Shown: positions 6,766-15,472, counted from the first letter of the stretch. The stretch: 22,387 nucleotides of DNA from a virus (IMGVR_UViG_2698536657_000021:1-22387); one strand, 5' to 3'. Translations and numbers: made by a program. Notes: generated by a model from the letters alone, not told the origin.

Positions 6766-7587
6766 TTACCTGGTTACCTTTTTTAACTGCCTCTCAGCCC
6801 ATGCTTCCTCAATATCAAACTTGCTCACCAGCGCATCATAGAATTTCTTAACTGTTTTTTCCCATGACGCGCGTGTTATCTGGTTTGTCACCTCGCATAT
6901 AGCATTAAATGCCTCTGTTGACGGCAATCTTTCATAGCCACGACCACCACAACGCTGGCAGTCCCTGATAACAGGCATACCCCGTTTTTCAGACTCTTCA
7001 CGATGAATGGCAACACCGCGCCCACGACAATCTTTACAGGCGGTGGAAACCTCCCCCTTTCCGCCACACTCCGGACAGGCAACTTTTACCACCTCCCTGA
7101 CTTTTTTCCATTCCTCCCAGTAAGACGGATACACGCCTTTTGTGCACTTTGCCCACACTGGCGGCTTACCATCCGGATACTGGATCTTGTTTGTAAAAAC
7201 CTCGCTTTCAATAAATTTTTTTCCATGACAACAGGAGCACTGTTTTTTGCTCGCCGCGCTACGGGCATAATCTTCAAACGCATACGAAGCCATAATACGC
7301 ATCACTGCCGGTTTTATTTCTGCCGGGAGTTTTCTTAACGCCGCCACGCAATCACACCGACTGAGTGCATATTCTGTCAGCAATTCTGTTGCCCGTTCTC
7401 TGTCATTCATACTAATGCCCATTTTCCCAAGGAACGCAGAAAACCCCATCTCAGCCCGATTCTGTGTCATGCCCTGCGCGGCCATCACATCAGTGATACT
7501 CAGCGCATCTTTCGACGTTGAGGCCGATGCATCAGTCAGGCCGGGGGATTTTGGGGAGTAGTATTTCGGTAAATCTTCCAGTTTCAT
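6766..7587 (-). CDS. Q: late-gene antiterminator Q (QuuQ/YdfT-like, 273 aa, with CxxCxGxG zinc-finger repeats)
   Basis: Track ORF; ATG at 7587 overlaps the rusA stop as ATGA. Cys motifs CPECGGKG, CKDCRGRG, CQRCGGRG. Synteny DUF968 - rusA - Q - pR'/tR' is typical of lambdoid phages. Confidence 0.8.
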   Translation of the reverse strand: MKLEDLPKYYSPKSPGLTDASASTSKDALSITDVMAAQGMTQNRAEMGFSAFLGKMGISMNDRERATELLTEYALSRCDCVAALRKLPAEIKPAVMRIMASYAFEDYARSAASKKQCSCCHGKKFIESEVFTNKIQYPDGKPPVWAKCTKGVYPSYWEEWKKVREVVKVACPECGGKGEVSTACKDCRGRGVAIHREESEKRGMPVIRDCQRCGGRGYERLPSTEAFNAICEVTNQITRASWEKTVKKFYDALVSKFDIEEAWAERQLKKVTR

Positions 7588-7964
7588 TTTTTGACCTGCC
7601 CTTCAAGCATTATGGGGTAAATCTTCACCCCCAGCCGTCCACCAGATACTGGCTTGCCACGTACAATATTGATTTCATCAAACTGCTCGTCATCAATAAG
7701 CACTCCCGCATGCGTCAGCGCATCCAGCGGTGCTTTCAGAATATTGTCCAGGTCACGACGACGCTTATCCGGTGGCTCTGCAATAATTTTTATTGCCAGC
7801 CGTCCGGACAGGCTTAATTTCAGCCGCTGCTGGCGAACAATAAGCGCCACTGCCCGGCGATAGCGCTTTCCCTCCTCCGATATAAAATATGTGCTGCCAC
7901 GGCGTCGCCAGTAAGTGTTCACCGTCGGCGGGTAAGGCAAAACAAATTCTATGCGCTCGGTCAT
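7584..7964 (-). CDS. rusA: Holliday-junction resolvase RusA
   Basis: Track ORF, 126 aa. LPYPPTVNTYW and DKRRRDLDNILKAPLDALTHAGVLIDDEQ match the RusA conserved blocks (compare K-12 RusA LPWPPSNNRYY and [22 protein letters not shown]). Confidence 0.9.
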   Translation of the reverse strand: MTERIEFVLPYPPTVNTYWRRRGSTYFISEEGKRYRRAVALIVRQQRLKLSLSGRLAIKIIAEPPDKRRRDLDNILKAPLDALTHAGVLIDDEQFDEINIVRGKPVSGGRLGVKIYPIMLEGQVKK

Positions 7965-9023
7965 TTATGCTTTCCACTTCAGAACACCCGAATTTCTCGC
8001 GTGCATTAAAAAACGAATCAGCAACAACAGCTGACTGCCGTGTTTCTCTTCAAAATCTTTTACCCCGGCGTGTAGTTCGTTATGGCATTTACGGCATAAC
8101 GGAATAACAAACAAATCGTCAGCCTTTGTTCCCATACCTCCCAGTCCATGACCAATGATGTGATGCGGATCATCTGCCTGATTGCCACACGTCATGCATT
8201 TCTGCGTTTTTACCCAGCGCGTGTATACAGGCATCTCTTCCCGTTGTGGTTTCTGGCGCTGGAGGTACTGAGCCGGAGACTCCGGATCAACGGCGATGCT
8301 TACTAACGTCTTTTCCTGGGGGGGATTTTGTTGCTGGTGGACGTGAAGTGGCAGCGCAATATTTTTTGTGCGCTGCTTCAGTATGCTGGTGGCGGCCTGC
8401 TCTCCCGGTATGATGTCGCTCTCACGGTATACGGAGCGGATTTTTTCCGCTGGTAATCCCAGCGAACGACGCACTACTGCCTCAGGTAGTGCATCCACCA
8501 CCTGATTGCAGACCGCCCACCAGGATAATTCGGCCAGCGATAACTCCCTCTCCTGCGTACTGCTTATTGCGTGACGGATGACGTCAATCATCCAGGCAAC
8601 CAGATTCTGCTGAGCAAGTTGATCGAGTGATTCTGATGTCTGGTCGCGCAGCTGGTTGTCACAGTGCCAGCACAACACCATCGCGCCGGTACCGTAACGG
8701 TGAATGACGGTTTCGCTGTGATGATAATCACCGTGTGGCCACTGGCAGGATTTCACGTGACGTAATAACCAGTCAGACAGTGCACCTGCACCACCTGCTG
8801 CACGAATAACCCGCTCATCGCTGAAAAATGGCAGTAATGTTTTATCCTCTGCCAGCGGCTGGCGAACGGCAGGAACGACTCCGGACGGCAGACCGCGCAT
8901 GTTTTTCGGTTCCGGTTCCACCAATATTCTGCCGTTATGGAATGCTGACATTGATTCACGGCCCGGCTTAAGGAGCACCATCCCGAGTTCCGGTACCAGA
9001 ACAGGTCGAAGTAATACCCGCAC
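7965..9023 (-). CDS. DUF968 (YdfU-like) protein with C-terminal HNH-like Cys/His motif
   Basis: Track ORF, 352 aa. GTG start at 9023 immediately follows the upstream stop and a GGAGG SD. C-terminal CMTCGNQADDPHHIIGHGLGG...CRKCHNELHAG. Sits upstream of rusA as ydfU does in Qin. Confidence 0.75.
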   Translation of the reverse strand: MRVLLRPVLVPELGMVLLKPGRESMSAFHNGRILVEPEPKNMRGLPSGVVPAVRQPLAEDKTLLPFFSDERVIRAAGGAGALSDWLLRHVKSCQWPHGDYHHSETVIHRYGTGAMVLCWHCDNQLRDQTSESLDQLAQQNLVAWMIDVIRHAISSTQERELSLAELSWWAVCNQVVDALPEAVVRRSLGLPAEKIRSVYRESDIIPGEQAATSILKQRTKNIALPLHVHQQQNPPQEKTLVSIAVDPESPAQYLQRQKPQREEMPVYTRWVKTQKCMTCGNQADDPHHIIGHGLGGMGTKADDLFVIPLCRKCHNELHAGVKDFEEKHGSQLLLLIRFLMHARNSGVLKWKA

Positions 9024-9024
9024 G

Positions 9025-9303
9025 TTACCTCCAGATGCGCTGCTGGAATGTGCGGGACGGACGCGGTGGGCGTTCGGAATAAGGGAGCCTGACGGAGATT
9101 ATCCAGTGACGACGATCGAAGCTGAGATCTTTCTGAAACTCGTAACCACGTCTGCGGTAGCACTGGATCAGCCATTCGGCCTGTTCTTCAGTGCATGGGT
9201 CATGCTGGAACCAGTCAGATTTGAATGCATGAGAACGCCGCCCGTGCCTGCTGGCAGGGGCGGTGGAGTTATCCGAATTGTGTAATTTGGTATCTTGCGC
9301 CAT
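9025..9303 (-). CDS. hypothetical nin-region protein, 92 aa
   Basis: First ATG (9303-9301) in track ORF 9025..9357 (the track start is TTG). Stop TAA abuts the DUF968 start. SD is weak, so the start is uncertain. No family recognised. Confidence 0.4.
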   Translation of the reverse strand: MAQDTKLHNSDNSTAPASRHGRRSHAFKSDWFQHDPCTEEQAEWLIQCYRRRGYEFQKDLSFDRRHWIISVRLPYSERPPRPSRTFQQRIWR

Positions 9304-9373
9304 CGGTTGTCTCTGCTGGCGCAGCAGGTGCCAGTTGTTCAGGCTGGCGTGCGGCAATATTGTCTCTGATTTC

Positions 9374-9403
9374 TGTTGTCGTCAACAGGCAGCGTGCTAT
9401 CAT
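9374..9403 (+). promoter_or_regulatory. putative parDE promoter with overlapping palindromic operator
   Basis: -35 TTGTCG (9376-9381), 16-nt spacer, -10 TATCAT (9398-9403). Inverted repeat TGTTG-tcgt-CAACA (9374..9387) overlaps the -35, consistent with antitoxin autoregulation. Confidence 0.35.
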
Positions 9404-9438
9404 CGAATAGTGTTCTATCCTACTCCGTGAGGTTTACC

Positions 9439-9696
9439 ATGCGTACAACCCAACAATTCAGCATTACATTAACTAACGAGATGGCTGACATGGTGCGCGC
9501 CCGTGTGGCTTCCGGCGCCTATGCTTCAGAAAGCGAGGTCATTCGTGAAGGGCTTCGCGCACTGAATGAGCGCGATAAAGCAATCGAAGCGTGGTTAACG
9601 CATTCAGCCGCCCCCTCTCTTGATTCTATCCGCGAAAACCCAAACAACGGACGCTCCATTTCACAGGTTCGCGTCGCGATTCGATCCGGGAAGTAA
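9439..9696 (+). CDS. parD: ParD-like ribbon-helix-helix antitoxin (type II TA)
   Basis: ATG at 9439 with SD GAGG and a 6-nt spacer. MRTTQQFSITLTNEMADMVRARVASGAYASESEVIREGLRAL fits the ParD/COG3609 RHH pattern. A 5-bp gap separates it from the downstream toxin gene. Confidence 0.75.
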   Translation: MRTTQQFSITLTNEMADMVRARVASGAYASESEVIREGLRALNERDKAIEAWLTHSAAPSLDSIRENPNNGRSISQVRVAIRSGK

Positions 9697-9701
9697 TCTG
9701 C

Positions 9702-10001
9702 ATGACATATGAAGTCATCATTACTCCTGAGGCCGAACAACAAATAATCAACCTGCACAGATATATAACGGAGAAAGCAGGGAACATCATTGCTGACAAT
9801 TATGCCAATGCGCTTCTTGATTATCTTGATGGGTTTTCTACATTCCCGCATCGGGGCAATAAACGCGATGATATTCGCCAGGGGATGCGGGTAACTCATT
9901 TCCGCCACAGAACGATTATTGCTTTTGCCGTTGATGGCAGAAAAGTCTTTATTGTCGGTATCTATCATGGTGGGCAAAGTTATGAAACCGATTTCTTATA
10001 A
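9702..10001 (+). CDS. parE: ParE/RelE-superfamily toxin (type II TA)
   Basis: Track ORF, 99 aa, directly after the RHH antitoxin. ParE-like layout: N-terminal helices (ITPEAEQQI...YITEKAGNIIADNYANALLD), C-terminal beta region (RVTHFRHRTIIAFAVDGRKVFIVGIYHGGQ). Confidence 0.75.
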   Translation: MTYEVIITPEAEQQIINLHRYITEKAGNIIADNYANALLDYLDGFSTFPHRGNKRDDIRQGMRVTHFRHRTIIAFAVDGRKVFIVGIYHGGQSYETDFL

Positions 10002-10082
10002 ACTTTTACCCACATCATTCCGGTGTTAGAATAAACCGTCTGCCCCTCTCTTACTGCGGATTCGTAGGCTATATAAATCAAA

Positions 10083-10116
10083 GATCCCGGCTCATGTTTG
10101 TGGCGGGATCTTTTTT
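10083..10116 (+). terminator. intrinsic terminator of the parDE unit
   Basis: 7-bp stem GATCCCG (10083-10089) / CGGGATC (10104-10110) followed by TTTTTT (10111-10116). Confidence 0.5.
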
Positions 10117-10203
10117 CGGCGATTTATCCCCAGCGGCAAATCGAATACACCACCAGCGCCACCGCCATTGCAATACCAACATTTGAGAAGGCCTCAGGCC
10201 AGC

Positions 10204-10734
10204 TCATTGGCGCACCTCCTTCGGCGGTTCTGGTAGCGGCATCCAGTGTGATGGTATCCACGACGCACCAGGTACTACCCACCCATCATTAGCGTCAGGA
10301 TGCCCCGGGATGTAAGTCGCCCATTTCATTCGCCAGTCACCTTTCCTGTCAAACTCCCTGGCAACAAGAACGGCTGTTTTGGTATCCGGCATTCGCTCAC
10401 TACAGCTTATCCAACCATCCGGAGTTACCGGCACTGGCTTGGCGGTATAAAGCGGTGTTATATCTGCCCGAAAATTACATGCTTTATGCAGCCGCACCCA
10501 CCGTTCGACTTCTGCTTTGTCAGAATACATACCAGTGAACGTGTTATATTCACGGTCAATTTGCGTGAATGTTACCTTCCACGCCACCGGCTCTGCTTCC
10601 AGAGATGCCAGTGCGATACGCAGGGAAGCCAGGATATTCCCCTGGTAATCATCAAGCCCGAAAGGAAGCTCATCACGAACGCTTTCATAATCGTTGATAG
10701 CCTGCTGCAGCCATTCTCTTGTGATAGTGCTCAT
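10204..10734 (-). CDS. DUF551-domain phage protein
   Basis: Track ORF, 176 aa. ATG at 10734 overlaps the upstream stop as ATGA. C-terminal ...WIPSHWMPLPEPPK is the DUF551 signature. Confidence 0.65.
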   Translation of the reverse strand: MSTITREWLQQAINDYESVRDELPFGLDDYQGNILASLRIALASLEAEPVAWKVTFTQIDREYNTFTGMYSDKAEVERWVRLHKACNFRADITPLYTAKPVPVTPDGWISCSERMPDTKTAVLVAREFDRKGDWRMKWATYIPGHPDANDGWVVPGASWIPSHWMPLPEPPKEVRQ

Positions 10735-11408
10735 GATTCCTCTCCTTTACCGGCTGCGGCGGCGATACGAAAAAGTTTAATGTCGCCGCTGTCTGAGTTC
10801 TGCTTACTCCAGATAAGTGACGTTTCTCGCCCGCGCTCGTTGATATGCATGAGATTTCTTTCGTCTGTAAAGCAGGCAGGGATGAAAGCTACAGGGAGTG
10901 GATAGAGGGCAACTGCATCATCACCCCATTGCTCAACTGCATATTTCTCATCGGTTGTGAACCTCGACATGAATGATGTGACGTTAGCATTCCTCATCCA
11001 TGCAACTGGCTTAACGTCCCGCGCCTGCAGCTCAGCAATCCGCTTCTCTGCTGCTTCCAGCTCAACACGCAGCTTCCCTACCGTTAGCGCAATATCCTCG
11101 TTCTCCTGGTCGCGGCGTTTGATGTATTGCTGGTTTCTTTCCCGTTCATCCAGCAGCGCCAGCACGGTAGCTGGATTGGCTGCGGCGATGAATTCAGCAT
11201 TGGCCTGCTGTTCCATTTGGAAATCTTCATCGAAACCGCTTTCAGGATGCGCTCCTTCAATTCTGCAAATGGGAATATATCCAGCAACTTCACGATGAAT
11301 TAGCGCATCATCACCATCAAATCGTCCCTCTCCATATTCGAGCGACCACTCGCCACACGTTGCTTTTTCTGCCTTAGCACGCAATGCCTGATAGTCAATC
11401 TTGCTCAC
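10731..11408 (-). CDS. Ead/Ea22-like protein, paralog 1
   Basis: Track ORF, 225 aa. GTG start with AGGAGGCAACCA context. Motif QQANAEFIAAANPATVLALLDERE followed by a coiled-coil segment. Confidence 0.7.
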   Translation of the reverse strand: MSKIDYQALRAKAEKATCGEWSLEYGEGRFDGDDALIHREVAGYIPICRIEGAHPESGFDEDFQMEQQANAEFIAAANPATVLALLDERERNQQYIKRRDQENEDIALTVGKLRVELEAAEKRIAELQARDVKPVAWMRNANVTSFMSRFTTDEKYAVEQWGDDAVALYPLPVAFIPACFTDERNLMHINERGRETSLIWSKQNSDSGDIKLFRIAAAAGKGEES

Positions 11409-11968
11409 TGGTTGCCTCCTTTGCGAAGCTCAGCGGCGAAGGCTACTGCGTGATCATGATGTTCAAGTGTGTATGCACACTCCGCAAACATCTCCACGCC
11501 CTGCGCTCGTACTTCAGCCAGGAAAGCATCGGTGGCAGGCATATTTCCTGTTGCCTTCATGGCCTCCAAAATAACCAGAACGCCATCTCTCCCAACCTCC
11601 TCGCAGATAACCTCGGTGTTGTCGCCAACAACATCGCAGAATGCCTGAACTGCTTTACGAGCAAGTGCATTCTCCGCCGCCAGCGCCACAAGATTAGCTT
11701 CCAGCTCTGCAATACGTTTGCTTTGGGCTTCCCGTTCATCCAGCAGTGCCTGTACTACTTCAGGGTTGAAAGCTGCAATAAATTCTGCGTTGTTCTCTGC
11801 ATTTTTCTGGTCATCAAAGCCAGGCCATTTGATAATGTCTCCGCAACGTTCATCCCCCGGCGTATGCACCGCATATGTATCAGTGCCCGGCGAAATGAAT
11901 GCGACCCATTCGCCCTGGGTTGCCAGTTTTGCTATCTCACGTAGCGTCTGATAATTAATTTTTCTCAC
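11405..11968 (-). CDS. Ead/Ea22-like protein, paralog 2
   Basis: GTG at 11968-11966 carries the identical AGGAGGCAACCAGTGAG initiation context seen for paralog 1; the track's longer ATG start at 11995 would add a 41-nt overlap with the upstream gene. Motif NAEFIAAFNPEVVQALLDEREAQ. Confidence 0.65.
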   Translation of the reverse strand: MRKINYQTLREIAKLATQGEWVAFISPGTDTYAVHTPGDERCGDIIKWPGFDDQKNAENNAEFIAAFNPEVVQALLDEREAQSKRIAELEANLVALAAENALARKAVQAFCDVVGDNTEVICEEVGRDGVLVILEAMKATGNMPATDAFLAEVRAQGVEMFAECAYTLEHHDHAVAFAAELRKGGNQ

Positions 11969-12260
11969 TGGTTGCCTCCTGGAAAATAACCGCATGTCCC
12001 AGTTTCTCCGCCAGTGCCAGTTCTGCCTTAGCGCCTGCCGACCGCTGCCAGCCTTTCAGCATGTAAACCGCATCCACACAACGAATCATCGCCATGCAAA
12101 TATCCATGTAATGTGGCTGAGTCAGCCCGTCCAGAAGTACTGCGGGATTTAATACGGTATGCCCTTCCTGTTTCAGTGCTTCTTCCGCCTTGTGAAACGC
12201 CTCACGGTTGAAATTTTCATATCCCGTCATCGGACCGGCGATATAAATTCTCACCCTCAC
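11955..12260 (-). CDS. DUF4406-like (nucleoside 2-deoxyribosyltransferase-like) phage protein
   Basis: Track ORF, 101 aa. GTG start overlaps the upstream stop as GTGA. N-terminal RIYIAGPMTG motif. Confidence 0.65.
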   Translation of the reverse strand: MRVRIYIAGPMTGYENFNREAFHKAEEALKQEGHTVLNPAVLLDGLTQPHYMDICMAMIRCVDAVYMLKGWQRSAGAKAELALAEKLGHAVIFQEATSEKN

Positions 12261-12538
12261 GCCTGAACCCTCCTGTCGAAATAAACGTAGTTATTCACTG
12301 CGCCCAACTTCATCCCAAACTTTTCGGCAATTTCCCGTCGGGGTACGCCACGCTGATGCAGTTGCCGCGCCAGCTCAATATCACGCTGTGAACATTTGGC
12401 TGACTGGTGATAATCACCCCGTAACATCATGCAGATACCCAGTTCCCGCGCTTTCGTCCTGACGGCAGCCCCACTACGGCCAATCAGACTGCCGATGCTT
12501 TCGACTGTCATCGTTCCCGCACACTGCCGGAGTATCAT
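12257..12538 (-). CDS. hypothetical small DNA-binding (HTH-like) protein
   Basis: First ATG (12538) in track ORF 12257..12622; the track GTG start would overlap the upstream gene by 52 nt. HTH-like segment RREIAEKFGMKLGAVNNYV. Confidence 0.4.
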   Translation of the reverse strand: MILRQCAGTMTVESIGSLIGRSGAAVRTKARELGICMMLRGDYHQSAKCSQRDIELARQLHQRGVPRREIAEKFGMKLGAVNNYVYFDRRVQA

Positions 12539-12570
12539 GATTTCCGCCCAGCGCCACTTCTTCCAGCCAC

Positions 12571-13287
12571 TCACCGCTTCTGCTCTCTGGTGGCGGTAAT
12601 ATCCCGGAGAATATCCCGGCACTTGTTAAGCTCCCGCAGAGCGGCACAGACTCGCTCCCACTTCTGCACATCACTTTTCGCCCGGCGCAGCTCGCGGTTA
12701 GCCACATGCAGCGATGGTAAAATCAGACCATCCGGATGTTTTCTGGTGAACGACGGCTGTGACTGCACTGTGACCGCCACACTTTCCGTTTTTATTTCTT
12801 CCTGTGTTTCTGCTTCCCGAACTGGTAACGCAACACCTGCTGGCTGAGGAAAGGCTTTACCATCGGTTTCCGCTACGGATGCAGCTTCCGGCTCTGCCGG
12901 TAAATCAGCGCCCGGTATGCAGTAACGAAATTTACCGCCCTGATTCACGCGAATCAGACGCCCTTTGCTGATTGCCATGGCCAGCGATGAATTCGCCCGG
13001 CGGGAGGTAATCCCGAACATCAGTGCCAGCTCATCCGCCGTTTGTGGGCCATGTTGTTCAATCGCCTCAGTCAGCATTTGCGCTGTCACTTTCGGTACCG
13101 GTGACACCGGTTCACTTTCACCAGCCTGAATCAGCCACCACATCGAACCCTTGTTATCCGCTTCACCGCGGCGCTTCAGTTTCCACAGTTCGTTGACCGC
13201 ATCTTCACGGCTGATTCCAAGGCGGGCCGCCACTACCTGTGAAGAGGCTCTTTTCAGTGCTTTCAGGGCGTCAAATACGGTTTCCAT
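12571..13287 (-). CDS. phage protein with two winged-helix-like segments (DUF1627-like, tentative)
   Basis: Track ORF, 238 aa, ATG at 13287. N-terminal [24 protein letters not shown] and a second wH-like [24 protein letters not shown]; basic C-terminus. Confidence 0.55.
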   Translation of the reverse strand: METVFDALKALKRASSQVVAARLGISREDAVNELWKLKRRGEADNKGSMWWLIQAGESEPVSPVPKVTAQMLTEAIEQHGPQTADELALMFGITSRRANSSLAMAISKGRLIRVNQGGKFRYCIPGADLPAEPEAASVAETDGKAFPQPAGVALPVREAETQEEIKTESVAVTVQSQPSFTRKHPDGLILPSLHVANRELRRAKSDVQKWERVCAALRELNKCRDILRDITATREQKR

Positions 13288-13308
13288 TAAAATTTCCTCC
13301 GGACAAAA

Positions 13309-14055
13309 TTACTTCACAACCCTCATATTGCTGACATTTGGACGCCAGCTATCCCAGTTAAACGTCACCCATCTACCACCGTTCATGGTCATGCGGTCCA
13401 TAATCCTCTCACCAAGAAGCGTACTCATTGCGGCATGATTCAGGTTTGTTAACATCCCGACACTGCACAGTGATGCTGTCCGGCGATCAATTATCTGGTG
13501 CAATACCACCTGCTCGTTTTTCGTCTCCCGCTGAACGCCTATTTCATCCAGGACCAGCAAATCAACCCCGCAAAGCTCCTGTAAAAATTTTTCCCCGGAT
13601 TTGCCGTTGTCGTAGCTGTCATGCAACACGCTCATGACGTCAGACACGGTGACGATAATCACGCTGCGCCCCTTCACCATCAGCCGGTTGCCCATCGCCG
13701 CTGCAAGGTGATTTTTCCCGGTGCCGGTTTTACCGCTGAACACAAAATTCGTGCACCCGGTCATCAGTTCGTCAGCTATGGATTTGGCCTGGCTCAGCGC
13801 GTATTTTTGCCCGTCGTTCTGCACCTGATAATTTGCAAACGAGCATTTGCTGTGCAGAGGCTGGATGCCCGAACGATTCAGGATTTTTTCCACCCGCAAC
13901 TGGCGATTCTGGCGGTTAATCTCCTCGCTGCGTTTTCGTCCTTCAGCAAGTTGCCATTCCCGCCACTCCTCCACCGTCCGGTACGGTGGAACCGCCCCCT
14001 GTGGTGCAAGTCTGCGAATACGTTCAAGAACCCCAACTGCCGCAATTTTTTTCAT
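13309..14055 (-). CDS. DnaC-like helicase loader (IstB-like AAA+ ATPase), replication protein P analog
   Basis: Track ORF, 248 aa. Walker A GKTGTGKNHLAAAMG, Walker B LLVLDEIG. SD AGGGGGTGA upstream. Immediately downstream of the O-like initiator. Confidence 0.85.
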   Translation of the reverse strand: MKKIAAVGVLERIRRLAPQGAVPPYRTVEEWREWQLAEGRKRSEEINRQNRQLRVEKILNRSGIQPLHSKCSFANYQVQNDGQKYALSQAKSIADELMTGCTNFVFSGKTGTGKNHLAAAMGNRLMVKGRSVIIVTVSDVMSVLHDSYDNGKSGEKFLQELCGVDLLVLDEIGVQRETKNEQVVLHQIIDRRTASLCSVGMLTNLNHAAMSTLLGERIMDRMTMNGGRWVTFNWDSWRPNVSNMRVVK

Positions 14056-14061
14056 GACACG

Positions 14062-15024
14062 TCACCCCCTGAATCCCGGCGGTATTTCAGTGTCCGGTTC
14101 AGAAATGTGATTCACGCAACGCTGCGCAGGCGAACGCCCCAGGCGGATAACCAGTTCATCCCATTTTTCCCGGAGTTTTGCCGGACTCATGATGTTTTTT
14201 ACCCAGAACGAATCCCGCTGGAGACGCCCAAACATTTCGCAAATTTGTCTGTGAGTTCTGCCATCCAGCATCCGCATTGTGCGAACGTCATTGGCCCATG
14301 CTGTCCAGTTGGGTTCTTTCGGTCTAGTGATCTCGCCATCATCGCTGGCCGCCTGCTCGTAAAGACTCACGATTCGTCCCCAGATCCACTGTGCGCACAC
14401 CAAATCTTCCTGACTTCCCCACTGGCGTTTTTTCGCACTGAACACAACCGCGTCAGGGTGTCGGGTTAAAAAATCCTGTTCAGCCGTCTGCGGGTCCGGT
14501 TGCGAAGCGTCCGGACAAGAAGATCTTTTATCTGACGGATCAGGTTTTAATACTGACGGATCGGGGTCAATCATCGCCCCCCTAATCGGCAGTTTTTTAT
14601 CAACAGTTGATCCATCAAAATTTGACGGGTCAACCGTTGAGGGGTCAATATTTGACGGGTCAACTGTTAACGGGTCATTTTTTGCCGGGCTAATTTTTCT
14701 TTTCGGTTTATATGACTCACGCGCCGCCGCCGCAGCTGCTTCGAGTTTTTCCACATTAAGCCGATAGATATTGCTTACATTACGCCCACCGACCTTACGC
14801 TCTTCCTTCGTCAGCCAGCCCTCTTTCGCCAGTTCTGCAATAGCCGATTTCACTGTGGATTCACTTCTTGCACCGATCTGACGCCGGATAGTTTCAATGG
14901 CAGGCCATGACACGCCCTCGTCATTGCTGTAGTCTGCAAGACGGGCCATAACCGCCACCCTGGATAAGATCATGCCGGTGAAGGCGCACCCTTCCCAGAC
15001 AAGACCATGAAGCTTGCTGCTCAT
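14062..15024 (-). CDS. replication initiator O-like protein (N-terminal wH DNA-binding domain, iteron-encoded DPS repeat linker)
   Basis: ATG at 15024 with SD GGGGG (the track start 15039 is GTG with no SD). The gene contains the iteron array; the protein segment LTVDPSNIDPSTVDPSNFDGSTVD is encoded by those iterons. Confidence 0.75.
   Translation of the reverse strand: MSSKLHGLVWEGCAFTGMILSRVAVMARLADYSNDEGVSWPAIETIRRQIGARSESTVKSAIAELAKEGWLTKEERKVGGRNVSNIYRLNVEKLEAAAAAARESYKPKRKISPAKNDPLTVDPSNIDPSTVDPSNFDGSTVDKKLPIRGAMIDPDPSVLKPDPSDKRSSCPDASQPDPQTAEQDFLTRHPDAVVFSAKKRQWGSQEDLVCAQWIWGRIVSLYEQAASDDGEITRPKEPNWTAWANDVRTMRMLDGRTHRQICEMFGRLQRDSFWVKNIMSPAKLREKWDELVIRLGRSPAQRCVNHISEPDTEIPPGFRG
14607..14696. 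repeat. replication origin iterons inside the O-like gene (six 15-bp units of imperfect palindrome TTGAC-N-GTCAA) followed by an AT-rich tract
   Basis: Units at 14607, 14622, 14637, 14652, 14667, 14682 (TTGATCCATCAAAAT, TTGACGGGTCAACCG, TTGAGGGGTCAATAT, TTGACGGGTCAACTG, TTAACGGGTCATTTT, TTGCCGGGCTAATTT), then TTTTCTTTTCGGTTTATATGA. Extra TGACGGATC copies at 14533 and 14564. Confidence 0.6.
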
Positions 15025-15046
15025 AAAACCCCCGAACACCGTGCTT

Positions 15047-15472
15047 TTAGTGCATCACCACAGCATTCCCTGCCGGGCCGCCGCGATTCATCTGGTCATA
15101 CAAAACAACCGCTGACGCAACAAAATCATCGACATCCTTCACCAGCCGATCCCTCCGTTCGACGATCTCACGGTAATATTCAGAACTGTGGCTGCGCATA
15201 CGGGCCACCAGCAAAGGCGGCATCGCCTTTTCGATCGCTGGTAACAACGCCTGAATTTTTTCAACTGCATCAGGGGTGTCTTTCTCTACCCAGCGGAAAA
15301 TTTTCTGGGTATTACGGGCCAGGGCTTCCGGATGGCTGTCGTCGTACAGTTCCGGGAACGTCATCCCCAGTTCGAAATAAGCCCGGGCTATTTCAGCTGC
15401 AGGTACTTTCTCACCGTCCGGATACGCCCAGGCATTCATCGCCATGCGGATGTGTTCATGCTTGATTTTCAT
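15047..15472 (-). CDS. YdaT-like protein (proposed CII-analog regulator / toxin family of Rac-type prophages)
   Basis: Track ORF, 141 aa. ATG overlaps the cro stop as ATGA. N-terminus MKIKHEHI matches the start of E. coli YdaT as I recall it. Sits between cro-like and O-like genes. Confidence 0.65.
   Translation of the reverse strand: MKIKHEHIRMAMNAWAYPDGEKVPAAEIARAYFELGMTFPELYDDSHPEALARNTQKIFRWVEKDTPDAVEKIQALLPAIEKAMPPLLVARMRSHSSEYYREIVERRDRLVKDVDDFVASAVVLYDQMNRGGPAGNAVVMH

Noticed and set aside
8753-9175. 140-aa minus-strand ORF overlapping the DUF968 5' end and the 92-aa nin ORF
   Set aside because: Alternative frame across two genes that are translationally coupled (GGAGG-TAA-C-GTG junction); no SD and no independent support.
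9519-9977. 152-aa minus-strand ORF across parD/parE
   Set aside because: Antisense shadow of the toxin-antitoxin pair, which has promoter, SD and terminator on the plus strand.
13621-14469. 282-aa plus-strand ORF
   Set aside because: Lies antisense across the DnaC-like and O-like genes, which have clear motifs and synteny; shadow ORF with His/Pro/Arg-rich low-complexity translation.
14530-14715. Possible CRISPR array or other spacer-repeat array
   Set aside because: Repeats are 15-bp contiguous units with no intervening unique spacers and lie inside the O-like coding sequence; this is an iteron origin. No CRISPR-like repeat-spacer structure was seen anywhere in the window.
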